A stretch of DNA of 41,950 bases from Chiloscyllium plagiosum (lineage: Eukaryota). Positions 36,563 through 41,950 of the stretch are shown here, one piece after another. Both the position numbers and the translations under genes were made by a program. The stretch is from the NCBI RefSeq assembly GCF_004010195.1, contig NC_057756.1:8279695-8321644 (forward strand), given 5' to 3'. Numbering within the stretch: position 1 is the first letter of the stretch; every line of letters starts with the position of its first letter. The notes beneath the pieces are model-generated. The model was not told the DNA's origin. It made no database searches and saw only the letters and a list, made by a program, of their open reading frames with translations.

Positions 36563-36839
36563 CTCCTACGCTCCAGTGGAAAAAGTCCCAGTCCATCCAG
36601 CCTCTCCTTATAACTCAAACCTTCCAGTCCCAGGAACATCCCTGTACATTTTTCTTTGCACCCTCTTCAGGTTAAAGTTAAAAATCACACACTTCAGTTT
36701 AACAGTATCCTTCCCATAGCAGGATGATCAAGATTGTACGTGGTGCGTGAGTCCCACCTACTGCTGAAGGATGTAACAACACATCAGAACAGATCAAGTT
36801 TCACCATAATTAAGAATCCAGAATGAAACAGTCAGTGAT

Positions 36840-37177
36840 AGGTGTACAAGATGATTAGGGGGTTAGATAGGGTCGACAGTATGAACCTTTTCCCGCGTAT
36901 TGAGTCGGGTATTACAAGGGGGCATAGCTTTAAATTAAGGGGGGGTAGATATAGGACTGATGTTAGGGGTAGGTTCTTCACTCAGCGAGTCGTTAGTTCA
37001 TGGAATGCCCTGCCAGTAACAGTGGTGGACTCTCCCTCTTTATGGGCATTTAAGCGGGCATTGGATAGGCATATGGAGGATAGTGGGTTAGTGTAGTTTA
37101 GGTGGGCTTGGATCGGCGCAACATCGAGGGCCAAAGGGCCTGTACTGCGCTGTATTCTTCTATGTTCTATGTTCTAT
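36840..37177 (+). mobile_element. Young CR1 3' end
   Basis: YKMIRGLDRV..TRGHSFKL..FFTQRVV and a (TTCTATG)n tail. Confidence 0.92.
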
Positions 37178-37380
37178 CTATGATAGTACTGAGGCAATGT
37201 TACTGAGAAATTACACCAATTCCACAGCTCAACTCTGAAATCGATGTAATTAATCACACAAGTGATTACTTGAGGATGAAATGAGTTCTCTGTGATTTCC
37301 TGGAGCAACATTTATCTCCCGTTAATAACCAGGCACCTACCTTCAGACAGGTCACTGGAGGGATATTATGGGATAGCTCA

Positions 37381-37750
37381 GAACATGGAGAACATAGAAC
37401 AGTACAGCACAGAACAGGCCCCTAGGCCCACGATGTTGTGCCAAGATTTAATCCTAATGTAAAATATAGTAACTTAACCTACGCACCCCTCAACTCACAG
37501 CTCTCCATGTGCATGTCCAGCAGTTGCTTAAATGTCCCCAATGACTCTGCTTCCACCACCACCGCTGGCAACGCATTCTATGCATTCACAACTCTCTGCA
37601 TAAAGAACCTACCTCTGACATCTCCTTTATACCTTCCTCCTAATATCTTCAAACTATGACTTCTTGTACCAGTCCATCCTGCCCTGGGGAAAAGTCTCTG
37701 GCGATTGACTCTATCTATTCCCCTCATTATTTTGTGTACCTCGATCAGGT
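37381..37750 (-). mobile_element. CR1 3' end
   Basis: gaacatagaacagtacagcacagaacaggccc terminus, as at 13150. Confidence 0.85.
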
Positions 37751-38221
37751 AGATCCAGGTTGCTGAGCGTCAACTGGTTGCTGGGTTTCCCTGCACTATG
37801 ACGGAGATTGAACCTCTGACCAATGTTTGGAAGGGACCTGAGAAGTCCTGGACACTCCCAAGGTGCTCGTTCCTCAGTCCCACACACATGAGCTCCGTTC
37901 CATGTGACTCCAACCTAGGACCATCACTTTCTCCATGTTTGCATCTTTTCACAGCCTCTATGCGGACCTTTTACACTGGTTACATTTAAGCTGGAGACTG
38001 TCCCCACATACTGCTTGAGTCAGCAATGCATGACTTCCTTAAGCACAAGAATCAGTGAGTATACATCTAAATAGTGTCAATTTCTTCGAAGTTTGCAAAA
38101 CCATGATAATGGATGGTGGACTGGCAGATCGAAATGCAGACGGATTGATAAATTGGAAGATAAGCAGTTAGATAGACAGGTGGACAGGTAGGTAGTTGAG
38201 TGACTGCTTTAGATACAGAAG

Positions 38222-38770
38222 TAGAGTCATTGTGTCATGGAATCATACTGCTCAGAAGCAGGCCCTTCAGTCGAACTCATCCATGTCGACCAAATTTCTT
38301 AAAGTGAGCTAATTCTATTTGCCTGCCTTTCTCAAAACCTTTCCTGTCCATGTCCCATCCAAATCTTTTTTAAATGTTGTAATTCTATCACTTCCTCTGG
38401 CAGCTCGTTCCATACATGCGCCATCCTCTGTGGAAAAGGCCCCCCTTTCAAATCTTTCCCCTCTCATGTTAAACATACACCCCCCCCCCCCCATTTTTGG
38501 ACTCCCCTGCTCTGGGGAAAAGACTTCGGCCATTCACCTTTTCTCTGCCTGTCATGATTCTACAAACTCGTGATGTCATCCCCTCAGCCTCCTACGCTCC
38601 AGTGAAAAAAGTCCCAGTCCATCCAGCCTCTCCTTATAACTCAAACCTTCCAGTCCCAGGAACATCCCTGTACATTTTTCATGCACCCTCTTCAGTTTAA
38701 CAGCATCCGTCCCAGAGCAGGATGATCAAAATTGTACGTGGCGTGTGAGTCCCACCTAAATGTAATAACA
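38222..38770 (-). mobile_element. Degraded CR1 3' fragment
   Basis: CR1-like 3' UTR and ORF2 remnants (MRGERFER). Confidence 0.7.
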
Positions 38771-38892
38771 CATCAGAATAGGTCGATTCAAATATATCCC
38801 ACCTTAATAGATGGATAGACATGTATGCATGAAGTAACAGATGAAGTAATTGTTTATATGGAGTTGACACCAGTCTATCTATGCTTCCAGGT

Positions 38893-39065
38893 TCAAGAAA
38901 TTCCACGAGGTAAAAACAATGACTGCAGATGCTGGAAACCAGATTCTGGATTAGTGGTGCTGGAAGAGCACAGCAGTTCAGGCAGCATCTAAGGCGCTGC
39001 TCCTTAGATGCTGCCTGAACTGCTGTGCTCTTCCAGCACCACTAATCCAGAATCAAGAAATTCCA
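38893..39065. mobile_element. Penelope-derived perfect hairpin insertion with 13-bp TSD inside Ly6 exon 3
   Basis: TSD tcaagaaattcca at 38893-38905 and 39053-39065. Perfect 53-bp arms at 38942-38994 and 39002-39054 with a 7-nt loop. Confidence 0.92.
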
Positions 39066-39771
39066 GTTTCACTATTAAACACTCTGGATTCTGCAGGGGA
39101 ATCTATTCCTACAAACTTGGCTCCGTCTCACATTTTGAGGGATCCCCTTGCTGCAATTCTGACTTTTGTAACAATATCAATCATCAAGATAAGGTCAGAA
39201 ACATGTAGGACCAAGCAGCAGCCTCAGGTGTATGGCACAGTTGAAAAGGAACAAGCTGTCAGGGCTGTGCTNNNNNNNNNNNNNNNNNNNNNNNNNNNNN
39301 NNNNNNNNNNNNNNNNNNNNNNNNNNNNNNNNNNNNNNNNNNNNNNNNNNNNNNNNNNNNNNNNNNNNNNNNNNNNNNNNNNNNNNNNNNNNNNNNNNNN
39401 NNNNNNNNNNNNNNNNNNNNNNNNNNNNNNNNNNNNNNNNNNNNNNNNNNNNNNNNNNNNNNNNNNNNNNNNNNNNNNNNNNNNNNNNNNNNNNNNNNNN
39501 NNNNNNNNNNNNNNNNNNNNNNNNNNNNNNNNNNNNNNNNNNNNNNNNNNNNNNNNNNNNNNNNNNNNNNNNNNNNNNNNNNNNNNNNNNNNNNNNNNNN
39601 NNNNNNNNNNNNNNNNNNNNNNNNNNNNNNNNNNNNNNNNNNNNNNNNNNNNNNNNNNNNNNNNNNNNNNNNNNNNNNNNNNNNNNNNNNNNNNNNNNNN
39701 NNNNNNNNNNNNNNNNNNNNNNNNNNNNNNNNNNNNNNNNNNNNNNNNNNNNNNNNNNNNNNNNNNNNNNN

Positions 39772-39890
39772 TTGGTTTGGGATTGATACAGGGCTGTGGG
39801 GAGGCAGTGGGGCAGTGGGATTGGTTTGGGATTGATACCGGGAATTGGGGAGGGAGTGGGACAGTGGGATTAGGTTGGGATTGTTTCCAG
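39772..39890. repeat. 49-bp minisatellite (G-rich orientation) next to the 500-N gap
   Basis: Reverse complement of the 40505-41050 unit. Confidence 0.85.
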
Positions 39891-40035
39891 GCCTTGGGGA
39901 GATGGAATGACTCTGTAAGGTGAGTGGCACAGTTCCAGTTGGTCAGGTGACCCCTCTCTTTTGCCCACCTACACTCCACATCGTGACCGTTGAGGACTGA
40001 TTCCCCCTTTTCTCTCTCTCGCTCTCCTTGTTCAG

Positions 40036-40227
40036 GCCTGCCCGAGTCAGAGAGGGGAACTCTCGAGTCCGTGCTGAGGGTCATGCTTCAGTCAGTGAAC
40101 TCCAGTGAGGGAGCCCCGAACCCCAGCGTCCACATTGCCTTACGCCTGGCCCGGGACCACCACTTGCCCACAGAGGAAGTGCTCCTCCAACAGCTGAAGA
40201 TGTCTGCTGTCCAGAAAGTGAAGCTCG
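40036..40227 (+). CDS. Internal coding exon (exon-2 equivalent) of a transcobalamin-family cobalamin-binding protein (TCN2-like; TCN1/CBLIF family)
   Basis: Long pyrimidine tract and ttcAG at 40034-40035; donor GTACGT at 40228; 192 bp, phase 1 on both sides. Encodes LPESERGTLESVLRVMLQSVNSSEGAPNPSVHIALRLARDHHLPTEEVLLQQLK, containing the NPS(V/I)xxxLRL family motif. Confidence 0.8.
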
Positions 40228-40504
40228 GTACGTCCTGGGAATCCGGGGGGAAGGCAGCTTGACTGAACACGGGTTCAGTCCATTGGGCCCATCTGCTCCG
40301 TGCTGGGATTTGTCATTCACACTAAACCACCTCTTATCCAATCCCACCATCAAATCCTCCCCTTCGCTATATCAAGGTGAAAATCCGTCAGGAATGATAT
40401 AATAGGCTGGGAATCTGTATCCACCTGGAATACAGGACATCAACAGATGCTCCAATCTTTAAAAGATTAAGAGCTATTCCCCCCGCCTTTATGCTTATTC
40501 CATA

Positions 40505-41050
40505 CCCCTGTATCAATCCCAAACCAATCCCACTGCCCCACTCCCTCCCCACAGCCCGGTATCAATCCCAAACCAATCCCACTGCCCCACTCCCTCCCCA
40601 CAGCCCGGTATCAATCTCTAACCAATCCCACTGCCCCACTCCCTCCCCACAGCCATGTGTCCATCTCAAACCAATCCCACTGCCCCACTCCCTCCCCACA
40701 GCCCTGTAGCAATCCCAAACCAATCCCACTGCCCCACTCCCTCCCCACAGCCCTGTATCAATCCCAAACCAATCCTATTGCCCCACTCCCTCCCCACAGC
40801 CCTGTCTCAATCCCAAACTAATCCCAGTGTCCTGCTTTATCCCTATAGCCCTGTATCTATCCCCAAACTCATCCTACCATTCAGCTCTTTCCCCGTAGCC
40901 CTGTATCAATCCCAAATTAATCCCACTGCTCCGCACTCTCTCATAGCCCTGTCTCAATCTCAAACTAATCCCACTGCTCCGCATTCTCCCCCTGGCCCTT
41001 TATCAATCCCAAACTAATCCCAGTGTCCTGCTCTTTCCCCACAGCCCTGC
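40505..41050. repeat. 49-bp minisatellite, about 11 copies, degenerating toward the 3' end
   Basis: Unit ccctgtatcaatcccaaaccaatcccactgccccactccctccccacag. Confidence 0.92.
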
Positions 41051-41319
41051 AAAATTTCCCAATAGAATCTGACTCCCTCCCTCCCCGTAGCCTAGATAAT
41101 AGTGAAGCCAATCTCTAATGAACGTGGGGCTGGAATGGGAGGCAGACACACATTCCAGATGCCAACTATTCCTGTTTGAGTTCATAAATGCAGGATTGCC
41201 TTAGGAAACAGGAATATTCGATTCACAATCTTCTACAGCTGCTTCATCACTGGCTGTCACTCCCTTAGGATTTCATGTGAAGTAATGACTCTGACCAGTG
41301 AGAGAAGAATCTCGCCAGA

Positions 41320-41620
41320 TCCCGAAGAGTCACACCCGAAACGTTCACTTCACCACCTCCTGGTGCTGCCTGCCTTGCTGTGTTCCCCCAGCCTCCTGCC
41401 TGTCCCTCCTGGTGCTGCCTGCCTTGCTGTGTCCTCCCAGCCTCCTGCCTGTCCCTCCTGATGCTGCCTGCCTTGCTGTGATCCCCAGCCTCCTGCCTGT
41501 CTCTCCTGATGCTGCCTGCCTTGCTGTATTCCCCCAGCCTCCTGCCTGTCCCTCTTGATGCTGCCTGGCTTGCTGTGTTCTCCCAGCCTTCTGCCTGTTT
41601 ACTGTCGCTTCCAGAATCTA
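41320..41620 (+). repeat. Penelope pLTR remnant internally expanded into a 49-bp tandem repeat (about 5 copies)
   Basis: Decayed hammerhead ...cacccgaaacgtt, then cctg(g/a)tgctgcctgccttgctgtgttcccccagcctcctgcctgtccct with period 49 (41359, 41408). Confidence 0.8.
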
Positions 41621-41679
41621 TGTTTTTTTTGTCTCTATTTAAACACAGAAGCGACAAAAACAGGTCAGATGCAGAAAGT

Positions 41680-41950
41680 AACTCCTCTCCTGACTCCCCA
41701 AAGCCTGTCCCACCATCTACAAGGTACACGCCAGCAGTGTGAGGGAAAACCCCCAACTTGCCCTCAGCTGGGCAGCTCCAACATCACTCAAGAAGCTCAA
41801 CACCATCCAGGGACAGAACAGTCACTTGACTGGCCCCACACCCACAAACATTCCCTCCCCCCCCCCCCCACCGACGCTCAGTAACAGCAGTGTGTACCAT
41901 TCCCTCCCTCCCCCACCGACGCTCAGTAACAGCAGTGTGTACCATCCCCT
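41680..41950 (+). mobile_element. LINE ORF2 C-terminal remnant (clade uncertain); another old LINE piece lies at about 35790-36080 on the minus strand
   Basis: Frameshifted LLTPQSL/TIYK...AAPTSLKKLNTIQ. Confidence 0.6.

Larger units (their letters stand above)
35389..39188 (+). pseudogene. Ly6/uPAR (three-finger, PLA2-inhibitor-gamma/PINLYP-like) pseudogene; exons 35389-35437, 37955-38054, 38891-39188
   Basis: Exon 1 is a signal peptide MKFLSSILNLCALVTG-G|GTGAGA. Exon 2 runs acAG|...|GTGAGT and reads ASMRTFYTGYI*AGDC, frameshift, TYCLSQQCMTSLSTRI. Exon 3 starts ccAG| and, once the insertion is removed, reads (S)SRNSSFTIKHSGFCRGIYSYKLG...CCNSDFCN. Introns 1 and 2 are phase 1. Confidence 0.82.

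Noticed and set aside
39891..39919. Micro-exon (ccAG...AAG|GTGAGT) as the upstream TCN exon
   Set aside because: The phase-1 frame needed to join 40036 has a TAA immediately before the junction, and there is no signal-peptide character.

Overview
Eukaryotic, repeat-dense genomic DNA, most likely from a cartilaginous fish (shark): it has HE1-type V-SINEs, abundant CR1 LINEs and a GPR139-like receptor of the kind expanded in chondrichthyans. There are three assembly gaps (7201-8149, 19287-19618, 39272-39771). Host-gene content: (i) a terminal gC1q-domain exon (789-1182) with an apparent 1-nt frameshift; (ii) a two-exon GPR139/GPR142-like GPCR with an open reading frame (16741-18033) but an unusual DHF in place of DRF; (iii) a three-exon Ly6/uPAR (three-finger) pseudogene (35389-39188), largely invisible in the ORF track, whose third exon carries a hairpin retroelement insertion; (iv) an isolated transcobalamin-family exon (40036-40227). 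The rest is CR1 LINEs, a Gmr1-type Gypsy relic, a Tigger-like MITE, SINEs, minisatellites and many Penelope-like element (PLE) remnants. The most striking structural theme is two PLE families with minimal hammerhead-ribozyme cores. They repeatedly insert as inverted hairpins with 13-14 bp target-site duplications, and include one insertion with a 264-bp flanking duplication and one 1.47-kb palindrome that copied its own target DNA. I see no CRISPR array or prokaryotic system. All calls are by eye; TE boundaries are approximate.
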